A stretch of 64,000 bases of DNA from Lingula anatina (lineage: Eukaryota > Animalia > Brachiopoda), in NCBI GenBank assembly GCA_051362555.1, contig CM120640.1, forward strand, positions 70,534,788 through 70,598,787, read 5' to 3'. Below, in pieces: positions 11,301 through 23,450 of this stretch. Position numbers and translations under genes: made by a program. Below the pieces are notes generated by a model. It was not told the origin of the DNA, searched no databases, and worked only from the letters and a program-made list of their open reading frames with translations. Within the stretch, counting starts at the first letter, position 1. Each line of letters opens with the position of its first letter.

Positions 11301-14300
11301 TTGTTGTCTTTGTTCATCCTTCAGACATTTCAATATTTTTATGAGCAAGCAAGACAAAGAAAGGCAGAGCATACTTCACTCGACACAAAGAGCTCAACCA
11401 AGTCAGCGAGGTGCAGCTATTTCCCATATTCCTTTGTTAACGCGTTTCAAATTCTTTTGTGACTCCGGATGTAATATCAACTGAAGGCTCAGTAAATCAG
11501 CCAAACCATTGGACCCACACTATAACAACTCTCCCTCACATATTATAAATCATTTCTATTACATCACTAGTACACAGACACAGACCAATTAGTTTTGAAG
11601 CAAGACAGACTACATAATGATATTGAGACACCTGACACCATGAATTACGGCCAGCCAGGACACACCAGCGCCAGCAGTGAGGTGCTCACACTCGCTCACA
11701 CTCGCCAGTCTCTGACATGAAGTATGAATGATACAAAGCATCAAATAACAGATTTGAAAACTGAGCTCAGATATCATGACTGAGGAAGAGTTTTTAAGGA
11801 AATATAATATATCATAGGCAGATGAAGTTTTCAAAAGAAATAACAGGAAATACTGCTGAATGACTGTTGATTACAGCCATATATTTAGTTTGAATTATTG
11901 ACAATGATCAAGGCTGATATCATTGTACTACATCCTACACACAATGTGAAAACAAACTTATATGAACAAATAATTAGTTCATTATTAACTGAATCCAGAC
12001 ACTAAGTGAACAAACCCATTTTTCTCAGTATAAATATACATGCTAATTTTAAAATGGGAATTCTTCATTCCAAATATGCAAAGACATATGTTATTTAAAA
12101 CTCTTTGTTCTATTAACATTTTTATATTACTTTTCTTCCCTAAACATCTTAGCAGACAACAAAAGTTTGTTGTATCATGAGCAGACGACACTCCCTGCTG
12201 GGACCCCCTCTGCTGGTGCTGGAAATGACCTCCATAACACACGGGAAGCACTCCATGACTGCGGCTCAAGGATTATGTAAAATCTAATGTTATAATCAAA
12301 AAATCCTTTTCCTTTTTCCATTTCATGACTAATTTAATTTGACAGCACCTAGAGGACTCGGCCATATATCACACACGCCTGTGCATTTCAAAGACTTCTT
12401 AAATATTTGCCAAGAACACAATCCCTTTCAAAGGGCCATTATTCTCCCATTTACCGCTTTATGGTGAAAAATTTACATTTTACTTAAAAAATCGCTTAAA
12501 AGAGTAACCATCCCTTATAATTAAGCACTCAACAGCTCACATATTTCATGTAACACTTTTTTCAAAGGCTAAAAAAGTGAGTAAGAAACCAATTTTCTGG
12601 AGAAAATAACAACTCACTATTAAGTCGAAATACATATATTACCAGTATCAAGTTTATGGTTGTAATTGCTTCTATATCAAATTATTTTTAGACAAAGGCC
12701 TGTAAAGGTACATATGACACCGTACACAGCGTGCAAGTAACAATTTACTAGGCTAGACTCCTTAACGAAAGAAAAAAATCTGTTCAATTTTCAGCTACAT
12801 AGCATAACCACACAGACATTAGTTCCAACAGGAATGCTCCAACAAGTATGTTCCCCAATTACCCCACACACACCCACTCTTTCCTAACTCTAATCAGGTA
12901 CATGTCTAATTAGCTCCTCTCCCCCTACCCCTCCCCTCAGCCACCAACACCACTTCATCATGCATCTATTCTACCAGGTAAGGCACAGGTAAAATCCCTC
13001 CCACCCCAAACTCTTGCACTTATTAACTCTTACCCTACAGGGCTGTGGCTAGACTCAACAAAGCCGTCAGGGGACACAATAGGGACGGACAGAACTGAAC
13101 CACTACATTATGACAACACAGAACAAATCAGTTTTCCTTAAGAGATCACTTTTTGGACAAACACACTGATTGTGCATTAAGCAAATCCTCTTGCCACGAC
13201 AGTGCCGGATTCTTTGCAGGTCCAACTCCCCGTGGCTATCAGCAACCTGATACTGTATGTCTACATAATATTAGCTTACTTCCCAAGTGCTGGTTTCAAA
13301 GGGGTTTAGAATATTGTACCAACAATATCTATTATCCTTAATAATGACTTGAGCTAAACAACAATAAGGCAGAAACCACATTAAATCTCATATGTTAATT
13401 GAAAACCATTTCTCAGACCTCACAAATGTTCAAATTGAAGTGTTCTTTAAACATACCTCCAGACACGATTTAATTAATTTAAAAATAACAGGAAAAGCAT
13501 AGCAGGGAGGAAATAATTTTTTCTTCCCACTTTCCTCAGGAGAACATTACCTTGACCCAAAATGACTCTATTCCAAAACTTGATACTGCAATCCCATATG
13601 TAATCAAAATAAACCAAACAGCAAATCAAGTTATTACATAAGGAAAACACCCCAAATGACACAGAGTCAGTGAGGTCAGTTCCTCACACACCAGTTGACC
13701 CTTGGTAGACTTATATTTTACTCCACATGAGTGATAACAGCCCATAACCACTTCAAAAACATGAAGGGGAAGGGTTCCCTTCAAATCTCTTTAGGAACTC
13801 CACAGCAAATGGCAGCATAAATCTCCGCTGTATTGCACCAGAGCTCAGAACCAATGGTGTGCAGCGGAGGGTGAATCCATTTAATTACACCAGAAAACAC
13901 TTTTAATGAGCTCATTAACATTCCCACTGGGCTCACTAACAGCTTCCAGGAAGAAGGAGCATAAAACTGATGAATAAGGTGCAGTACATTTTTTTTCCAA
14001 GAGATGAATCAAAAATGCGAGAAAACACATTTACAAGACCCATAATTAGAGGAAAATGCACACTGGTACACTACTATCTAATAGGTTTTTCTTGTTTTTT
14101 TTTTTCTGCAAATTACAGGAAAAAACTACAAAGTAAAAATTGTTCTTATATAAGACTTTGCCTTCTTAATATTCCAGTCACAACTTCACTAAAGAGACCA
14201 ATTTTCATCCTTTGTCACGGCTTCCTTGCAGAATTCTAATAATCTCCTTTATATAAGATCATCATGCAGACATTCTTTCAAACCAGAGCTCGCATGATTG

Positions 14301-14659
14301 AAGAAATTTCCTTGACATGCAATACATAAGATACCACAAGGAATTACCCAACCCCTCATTACAAGATTCTACCAGATCTCAGCTACTGACTGTACCAGGC
14401 TCACTGTACCAACATGTGCCTCCATCCCCAGGGTAATAACACCCCTGGATTCCTAGGAATTCTCTGAGGAGAGCTATTTATTTCATACCAATATTTCTTG
14501 GAAAACTGGGCCAATGAAGTTTGTTTACGATGTCTGTATGTGCTCTGAAAGTAATAGCCCTGAGTGGACATTATCACATGACCAGAGACCCACAGGGCTT
14601 AATGGGGGGGGGGGGGGGGAGTATCAATGCCAGTTTTTCCGGTGGATGTCATTCAGTCT

Positions 14660-14890
14660 TAACGATGATGTCAGTTAAGCTAAATGATATCAGTTGGGCT
14701 GTTTGTTGATTACGATTTGGCTATAACTTGATGTCAGTAAAGCTATATGTTGATATTTGGCTATATGATGTCAGTTAGGCCATGTTGATGTATACTCGAC
14801 TATATGTCCTTGTCATTTAGGCCATATGTTGATGTCAGTTAAGCTATATGTTATTGCTAGTCTTAAGATGTCATTAAGGCTGTTGTCTAG
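14660..14890. repeat. Degenerate minisatellite, ~20-22-bp unit GATGTCAGTTAAGCTATATGTT
   Basis: Recurrent GATGTCAGTTA(A/G)GC..TATGTT motifs visible through the interval; boundaries approximate. Confidence 0.6.
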
Positions 14891-16722
14891 TTCAAGTCAG
14901 CCACATTCTGAATACACTTCCACTCAGCCATCCCCCCCTCCCCCCACACAGACATGATCACTGGTGGTGCTGTGACTGCTACTGGTTCTTTATAATCACA
15001 CTAGGTTACCTGCATATAGACTAAGCTCATCACTTATGTACATGCAATGGAGGAGATGTTAGAACATACTAACAGGTTTTCTTTCTCTATGAAATGACTC
15101 GGATAAAAAAAAAAAGCCATGTCTATCTTATTGGTTTTTTACTCTGAGAAGATCACACTTGTAAAAGAAAGGGAAAAAAAAGAAGAAAATCCATAACTGC
15201 TTCATCCATGGCATTTGCTTTCTATTTAAACCTAGTGTTAAAGCTGACCAATATGTCGGATAAAAGTCACCATTTATCTTCAAATAAAGAGGCGGGAACC
15301 TTTACTAAACTAGCAGATTATCAAGATGGATACAGACTACTTACAAATTTCGCAAAAAACTGAAGTCAGGTGCAACATAAATCATAATCAAAATACTTGA
15401 TCTCTGCTTAAAGTTCAAGTTCTCCCCAACCCTACAGTAGCTAATGTCAAGAGTTCAGATGTTGTCAAAAGTTTACTAGTAGGTCAAAGGAGACAGGCAG
15501 CAACAACCAGAATAAAAGAGGGGCCTTTCTCAGCTTTTTGCTACATCATGTGGATCACTTTAATGACCAGAGCACTCTTTTCATTAAAGCTTATTCTAAT
15601 TTTAATATTAAAATATAGAAAACAAGCAGTCATTAAAAAAACACTGCAATGTATAGAAGTTAAAGCAAGAAGACAATGGATGACCCATTACGACAAATAA
15701 TTAGTCTCCGTGTAAAAAGTTTAACATTCTTTTCTGGGTAATAAATCACCTGATCCACAGCCAAATTGCCATTTTCCATACCATACCAAAATGCTATCAT
15801 CTATGCCATGTCTGGTGCTTTAGATGTCAAAAGTTGACCAGCAGGTCAAGGCAGACAGGGCAATCAGGGCTCTGACACATTGGACTACAGCTGGTCTATG
15901 CGAGTACCAGGAGGATTCAAATAACAGCAATTAACATCCAGGCAATATCAGAATACTGATGAGTGTGAGACAGAATAATAATTTGCCATTTACAAAGCAG
16001 TTACAAATGCTTTAATAAAGTTTTGAACAGTTTTGAAAAGCTTTACATTGAAGCTGGTTAAAGACCAACATTTGTGAAACCTGACTCTTCAAGTGTCAAA
16101 AGTTTATCATGGAACATAAAAAGAGGCCATCAATTTGGACAATCAGTAACATAAGCCTTTCATGCTTAAATGTTAAAAAAATTACGTGCACAAAGTATCT
16201 AATTCTGGTTTTTACAGAGAACCGTTTGTACAGACATAATTTGTTAGCTTCTGCTAATCTCTGGTACAGCACTCAAATAATGATCCTCTCATATTTCTTA
16301 CTGAGAAACCCTTTCACGGATCAATGATTTAATTTCATCTGTCATTGGAGAGCCACAGTGTTCTCTGCGTGATAAGAAAGCTGTCATATTACAGCTTGTC
16401 ACAACTATCAGGCAAGACCCAGTGTTTCTTGGAACTGTTCACGTTCACTATACAGGTTAACTGTGATATCAGAACACCACAAATATTTCAACACAAACTA
16501 CAGACTGCTGGACAAATAACCAGTTTGGCAAAGACGCAAAAAGAACCTCGCGACAACACTTATTCCAACCAGTCATGCAAATCCTGTATTAGAAATTGGT
16601 CAACAACGCAAAAACACTCGCTCGCAGACAATAGGTACAGTGTTACTAGTCAAATACCAAAAATGGATATTTTGACTATCTCCAATGCTCCCCAGCAGGA
16701 GGGGGGGGGGGTACAGACTTAC

Positions 16723-19700
16723 CTGGTCTATCAGCAGGTGCCATAACAGGGCCTCAATGTAGTAGTGGGTGCCTCCTACAATGATGGGCAATTTCTGTTT
16801 CTTGAGCAATCCATCTATCTTGATGACAAGTAGTCAAGGAATATAAGTGGAATCTCAGTGGATACACTTGAAATACAAATAAGAAACAAGAGACTACTTA
16901 TTTTTAATAACTTTTGCTGAACTCTAGAGCACTGAGTGGCAAAATAATGAAAAGACGGTAAAAAAACATAACCAAAGGCTTTGAATATTTCATTTCATCA
17001 GATTTTTTAGGCAGAATTACCACTGAAAATGCACTGTTAAAAAGCCACCTTGACATCATTTCAAAACTCTTACTGTCACAAGTTCATAAGATTTGATCAC
17101 CACACATGCTCATGGAAAAGCACTAAAATAAATCCCTTATAATAAAAAAAAATATTCTCTTAAAACCAAGATATCCATAATCATATAAACATACACATTT
17201 ATTTTTTTCTTTTTTTTGGAAATTGACAATAAAAATAAAACTTTCCAAAGACTACTTTCCCTCCTTAAATTTAGAGTTGATCATTATCAATACTTATAGA
17301 TGAAGTGCTATTAAGTGACTCAGATATCAAACCATCTTTGTTAGCTCTGCCACTGACTGTAAACTTGGTAGTAACATTGTACCACAAGGTTCAAACAGGG
17401 CCAATGATTATCAGAAATGAATGGACTCAAAATAGCACAGGGACAGAGTTTATCTCAGTATGTCAACCAAAAGATAGTCAAACAATAAGAACTAAGTTAT
17501 CTCTCTCATAACAGTTGCCAACCACTCAAGGCACTCTTATTTTTTAATTTTTAAGTAGGGTGACAAAATAAACTGAAAATAAAAACTGTTGCCACTAGGA
17601 AGGGCATTTAAAAGGGGACATCCTTATATTCTGAGGGTTTATTATTCTGAAGGTCCGATATTTCTGAAGAATGTAGGACCCAAGTTCAAAATTTGACTGC
17701 TGTTCCATGGGCCCGCTATTCCTAAGTTTTAGTGGGGATTCTTATGCAGAAGGATTATAGAGCACAAAACCATCCACAGTGGGCCCCGTTGTGTGGTTTA
17801 TCTCTCTGCTATGGACACTAACACCCCATTTCCATAGATTAGATCGACCTACTTTAGATCGACGTAACTCCCTGGGGGTTCACGCTAAATAGCTGTCAGC
17901 CGGGCGGACACGAAAGTTAATTACCCCCTTACAGCTTGTAGTAGGCGGGACGGACATTTAAGTCGGATTATCTGAAAGTAATCTAGTGAGACTCCCCGCG
18001 GGGATAGATCGATCTAAATCTATGGGAATAGAGCCAAAGTCCGAGGCCTTCTTTCTAGGTCAGGAAAAGGTATCCCCCCTCTCCCAAATAACTGCCCTTG
18101 ACTGTCACTTATCAGAGATGCATGCAAACAAATAGAAATATCCCATTCCCATGGACATTGCTATCTCTTGGTAAATATACGTGTAGTATCCAGCAGACTG
18201 GATGTCCGGAGGTCTACTGATGTCACAATGGCTACTTTTTCAAGATAAAAAAAATGAAAAAAAAATTTTTTTTTTTTTAACAGCAAAAACTTCAAATAAT
18301 GTAATAAGATTTTTATAACATTGAAATACTCAGCAAAACATGAAATTATATTTTTAAACAGTGGCTCAATTCCCACTCTTTTATTTCTTCCCCGCCCCAG
18401 CCATTCTCCTGCTCCCACAGTAGTTGGTCAGCCAGGTCAGGTATCACAGCACCTCTACACTTCCTTCCCTAGTGTGAAATAAACAGCTTTTTCCAGCCAC
18501 CTGATCTCACGCTTCCTTCCCTAAGGAACACAAGTTTATTTGAACATATAATGGATCCCAGGCTACTTCAGTGGAACAGGTCTCTGCCATTGAGGACAAA
18601 TCCAAAATGCATGGGATCTCAAATAGAACACAGAAGAGTCCTCGGGCTTGAAACATACACAGTTAAGTCATCAAAAGGTTTTCCTCCCTCCCTCCCTCCC
18701 TCTCTCCTCCCTCTCTCTCCCTCCCTCTCTCCTCCCTCTCCCTCCCTCCCTCTCTCCTCCCTCCCTCCCTCCCTCTCCCTCCCTCCCTCTCTCCTCCCTC
18801 TCCCTCCCTCTTTGTGCAATAAAGACACCATTTAATACCATTTCAATTTACAACAATCATAATTCATGTTCTGCTCAGTTTGCCTGAAGTCTGAGTAATT
18901 TTATTGCTTTTGTCAAGAGCTTATCCTACAGATGCCTGGCTGGCAATGGTCCATGCTTCCTTCAATACTTTCCCACACTGCGAGGACTTTCATGGGTGGC
19001 CATGGTGCACTGGTAAGACGTCTCTCCTCCCCTCCCTCACATTTCTCCTCCCTTGCCCCTCCCATCCCTCGCCTTTCCTCTCTCTCTCGCCCCTTCCCTC
19101 CCTTACCCCTCCTCTCTCGCGCCCTTCTCCCCCCCCCCCTCCCCTCTAAGTGGTAAGGGGGGGGGTAATGGGGGAGCTCCTAGCAGACGTACTCAGATTT
19201 AATTCTCTCAAAGGAAAGGGAATCAGGGGTAGAGGACAGCTACTGACTAAATTTCCCTTACATCAAATTACTAGTCAGATTTTACATTCACAGACAACAT
19301 ATTGTGCCCTTGTTAACCCTGCAAAATCTGTCACAAATTGTTTCATTCATGGATATGATCAATTCATCATCTTCAAGCGGCCCACCAATCTTTATCAGAG
19401 AATACTAAATTAATTACAGTTCTGGGGAGAGGACATGGTAAAAATTTTATTACACACATTTCAAATACTAAAAATTTTCATTACATGTTTAAATACTGAT
19501 GAGTAGTAGGAGTTTTGAATGGCAATTTTACTGAATGAAAAAATTAAAACTTAATCCCAATGTCTGTGATATATATATGGGTGCTCCATGTAGACATTTC
19601 CTCTTGCTGGTGATAAATATTTTAAAATGCTTATCTACAATATGTTATAAGTGGTTGTACACTAAATTGCCACTTTAACCCACTAGACCGCATCTCTTCA

Positions 19701-22700
19701 ATTGAGCTCAACACTGCTAAGAGATACTACACCTCTCTTTAATTTGCCGGCTATAAAACTTGCGGTTAGAAATTAAAGGAGTAAGCTCAGTGCACTAATG
19801 CCATTCTGCGCCACCAAACTCATCCCTTTCAGCAAAATACAACCATATAAAAAAACCTAATAATGTTCCACAAGGCAGGTTTTATTGAAGTAATTGGTCA
19901 AACTACCATCCATGGGATGGTCTATAAAGAGTAATGAGAACACAGGACAAAGAATGGAAACTATTGTTCAGACAATCAATAGGGTAAATGATAAAAATTA
20001 TTAGTTGTTTCAGAAAAAGTGCTTCATATTCCCAGAAAGAACAATTTGCTTCAAATGATTATCTTATGCATAAAAAAAAACATTTATCACCACACCTAAC
20101 AATGCCTCTCAAAAATTATAAGAAAAACGGTGAAAATCAACGCATCTAATATCAGCTAAAAGCCAATTTCTTATATTTGTAGTTCTAATATATATAATAC
20201 CAAAAATCATGAAAATGAGCAATTATGATAATTTGACAGCCATCAGCCGAGCTGCTGATGCTATGACTGGTCAGCTGAGCAACATAACCTGCTCTCTTCT
20301 AACCCAGACTTTATTGATCTTATGATCGGCATCTTGTGCTCAGGGACCCCTGGGATATCACTGCTAATTCATTTACAAAAAAAGAAAGGAGACGGAGACA
20401 GGAATGCAGGCAAAGTGAAGGCACGTGTGCTCAGCACGTGTGGCTTCCCAGTACACTAGCACAGACCTGGGCATTTACCAGTCTCGTGCACGTACATGCA
20501 CATGCATGTGTGTGCATGCATGCACAGTTATGAAATATTCTACTTTTCATAAAGACCAAAACCATTTATCCTGGTGTAATTTAATTTTGAGGACTTAACT
20601 TTAAGTAAATTTCAGACAGCTTGGGGTAACATTTTGAAAATGATTCATGACAGCACACATTTTTTCAATAAACTTAAGCTGGGTGCTAACTAAAATCTCA
20701 GATGAATTTTTCAAAGCTAACTTTTTACTTTTTAACAACAAGGGAAGAGGAATATGGATTCATTCTTAGCACGTTTCCTAATGCTTTTACATTTATAAAT
20801 AATGAAGTAGCTGCAGTAGCAGGCACAATCATGGGGGAAAAGACTAACATGCATTATTCACATAATGCACAGCAATCCAATATTCACAAAAACCCTGGCA
20901 ATCTTTTCTTAGGAAGCAATATCTACTTTTTTTATTCCATTTTATCACAATGAAACCAGGGGTAATACTAACACAGACCATGCCTCACCGAGGAACTTCC
21001 TCTGCCACTGTAAATGTCTTTATTTATATGTTTTTTCTTTAAAAAACACAAATATCCTGACAAAGAAAATCATGTAAGAAAGTTAAGATCATTCGCACTG
21101 TGTGATGTCATACAAGGCTAGATAATTTCGTATTTCTAAGGTCAGGTTAACTTTTCAGTGATTGATAAGGCTTGAAACTCTATACACCAGGAATTTCCTC
21201 TTAGAAAGCAATACATAACTGATACCTAAATCATGGTAACTTTGTACTGTTGGGCTAAAGGCCATAATTTGAGAAAAATTAACCAGAAAAATACCCATGG
21301 ATAAAGATCTAAGAGAATTTATTCATTGTTGCAGAGCAACTGCTAGTTTACCATTATTTCTGATCTCACTCTTCTCCTCCAAATTCTACAAAATCTTGCT
21401 TGATTTTGTTACATGGCAAGACTTTGGGCAATCCGGTATGGTTCCCAATCAGAGAGTTTCAAGTCTTCTATGCTGGTGGTAAATCTGATCAGTCAAAGGA
21501 TACAATAGGTAATGCCTTGTTCCTGAAGTCGGTCACTTTGTACCGGAGCTGTAATGGATCCACATATCCTATCATGTGATGGGGACAGATCTCCTGTTCT
21601 TCTTCAGAAACTTTGTTGGTAATTATATCCAATCCTTTGTATACCTGCAACGAAGGAAATGAAGAAAAATACTTACGTATACTACAGTCTTTTAATGTCC
21701 CATTCTGTTCAAGAAGAGCCGTGTGCTAGCTAGGCCGTGACCTAAATATGGCTGACCTACATCAAAGGAAGACCGCCTAATCCCATAATGGTCTCTCCGC
21801 CTCTCACACGCCTCCCCACGCGTCTAATCTCGACCAATTGAATTGAGTCGACGCCAGGGACGACGCCTGGGGAGCCGTGTGAGAGGCAGAGAGACCATTA
21901 TAGGATTAGGCAGTCTTCCATTGATGTAGGTCAGCCATATTTAGGTCACAGCCTAGCTAGCATTCGGCTCTTCTCGATCTGAATGGTCCCAATGATAATT
22001 CCACCCCTGTGATCACTCTCTAGACTCCCCTCACAATACCACATACTAGTAAAAAGAAAAGACTTGTTATTCACAATATGATATTTGGTTTTTGAGTGAT
22101 AAGATTGCTGCTTTGGAATATGTAATGAAAACAGATCGAGTAAAGGAGTACTTCAAGATATAAAGTGCCTTACATGCCTTAAGGGATTGGTGTTTTACTG
22201 AAGTAAGGCTTCGTTCACATGCAATATCTATTTTCTAATTTCTATTTTCTATTTGCGCTATCTTATGATCACGGTCTGTGCCCTGAATATCCCGCCGCGT
22301 AATTACTGGCAGCGCGAGCCAGTTACTTATAGTAACTTATAGTAACTGGCTCGCGCTGCCAGTAATTACGCCGCGGGATATTCAGGCCACAGACCGTGAT
22401 CATAAGACATACCGCAAATAGAAAATAGAATTTAGAAAATAGACATTGCATGTGAATGAAGCCTTATAAATGGACACAGGTAGCAGGGATATCAGTGTGA
22501 TGACATGGCAATCAAACATCATTTTACTTGTACAGCAGCAAAATAGAACATAAATAAAAAATACAAATAGGAGTCCAAGAGAATGGTTATTAACTAGCAA
22601 ACCGTATTACCAAACTGGGATATTTGTTTTGTAAAAGTTCCAATCTAATGCATTACAAAGTTGCTCTCTATGTGTGATATTTTGTTGATAATGGAAAGCA

Positions 22701-23354
22701 GAGTGTAATCATTACAATAAGGCTAGATAAACGAAGCTGTCATCATTATCAAACTACAACCAAATTACTTGAATGATGCAAATTACTGAAGTATGTCATA
22801 CCCTTCTTACAGCGTGAAAGTTAGTGAAAAATGCAAATCTTAAATGCCCAATAATTCAATTTTCAAATATAGAAATATATTTAACATACAGTTTTCTAGA
22901 ATACAATATTTCTACATAAATGACTTATTGAAATACGATGTTAATTATATTACTTTTCTCGGTGTTGTCATCACCTGGCAAATCAACTTCGCATATTTCA
23001 TCTCTTAGACATCTTAGAACGCCTAGCATGCCTTCAAATGATCGCATATAGCAAAAAAATAAGTAATTACATACTATTTACAATGAATGTATTAACTATA
23101 TTTGCAAAAATTTAAGAAAAAACAAACAAAACCCACGGAGCACGTGCTACTTCCCCGCCATTTTCTCTGTCCTAAAATACAACAACTCTTTTCTACACGA
23201 CATTGGCGATGATTGCAAACTATACCTGCATAGAATCGGCACTGATTATTTCTCCGCTGAACCTCTTTGCTAAATCAATTGCAAGCTTTGACTTTCCACT
23301 GCCGGTGGCACCTAAAACTACTACAACTGGGAGCCTTTGCATGGCGGCAGCCAT
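16723..23354 (-). CDS. TRIT1: tRNA dimethylallyltransferase (isopentenyltransferase), 5' part; remaining exons lie left of the window
   Basis: Exon 1 23354-23226 [43 protein letters not shown] (P-loop + DSMQ); exon 2 21644-21504 [47 protein letters not shown]; exon 3 16818-16723 [32 protein letters not shown]. All phase 0; hallmark MiaA/IPT motifs. Confidence 0.96.
17822..18035. mobile_element. ~215-bp MITE (PIF/Harbinger/Tourist-like), copy 1
   Basis: Reverse-complement match over its whole length to 37811-38025; imperfect TIRs; flanked by TAA / AAA. Confidence 0.8.
18683..18811. repeat. Pure polypyrimidine/polypurine low-complexity tract (CCCT/CT)
   Basis: ~130 nt containing only C and T on the plus strand; a second C/T-rich tract lies at ~19021-19147. 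Confidence 0.9.
21701..21985. mobile_element. Foldback/palindromic MITE, ~120-bp inverted arms, 4-bp TSD
   Basis: CATTC...GAATG termini, long imperfect inverted arms (e.g. ACCTAAATATGGCTGACCTACATCAA / TTGATGTAGGTCAGCCATATTTAGGT), flanked by GTCC on both sides. Confidence 0.85.
22204..22466. mobile_element. Near-perfect ~260-bp palindromic MITE (Harbinger-like ends or TA-flanked)
   Basis: TAAGGCTTCGTTCACATGCAAT... / ...ATTGCATGTGAATGAAGCCTTA; arms pair to the centre, where TTATAGTAAC is duplicated. Confidence 0.9.
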
Positions 23355-23450
23355 GTTTACCCAGAATGCACCGAGTCACGTGCTCAGAGAGAGAGACAGA
23401 CAGAGAGAGAGAGAGGGGAGGGAGAGAGAGTGAGAACGAGAGAAGGGAGA
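23141..23450 (-). promoter_or_regulatory. TRIT1 promoter/first-exon region with two canonical E-boxes, a YY1-like site and a (GA)n tract
   Basis: CACGTG at 23377-23382 (just 5' of the ATG) and 23141-23146 (start of intron 1); CCGCCATTTT at 23155-23164; GA repeat ~23386-23450. Confidence 0.55.

Larger units (their letters stand above)
16819..21503 (-). other. U12-type (minor spliceosome) GT-AG intron, TRIT1 intron 2
   Basis: 5' splice site GTATCCTTT (21503-21495) and branch point TTCCTTGAC about 15 nt upstream of the AG at 16820-16819, with no real polypyrimidine tract; both match U12 consensus. Confidence 0.9.

Noticed and set aside
18551-19156. Pro/Ser/Leu- and Gly/Arg/Glu-rich ORFs
   Set aside because: Translations of the C/T low-complexity tracts.
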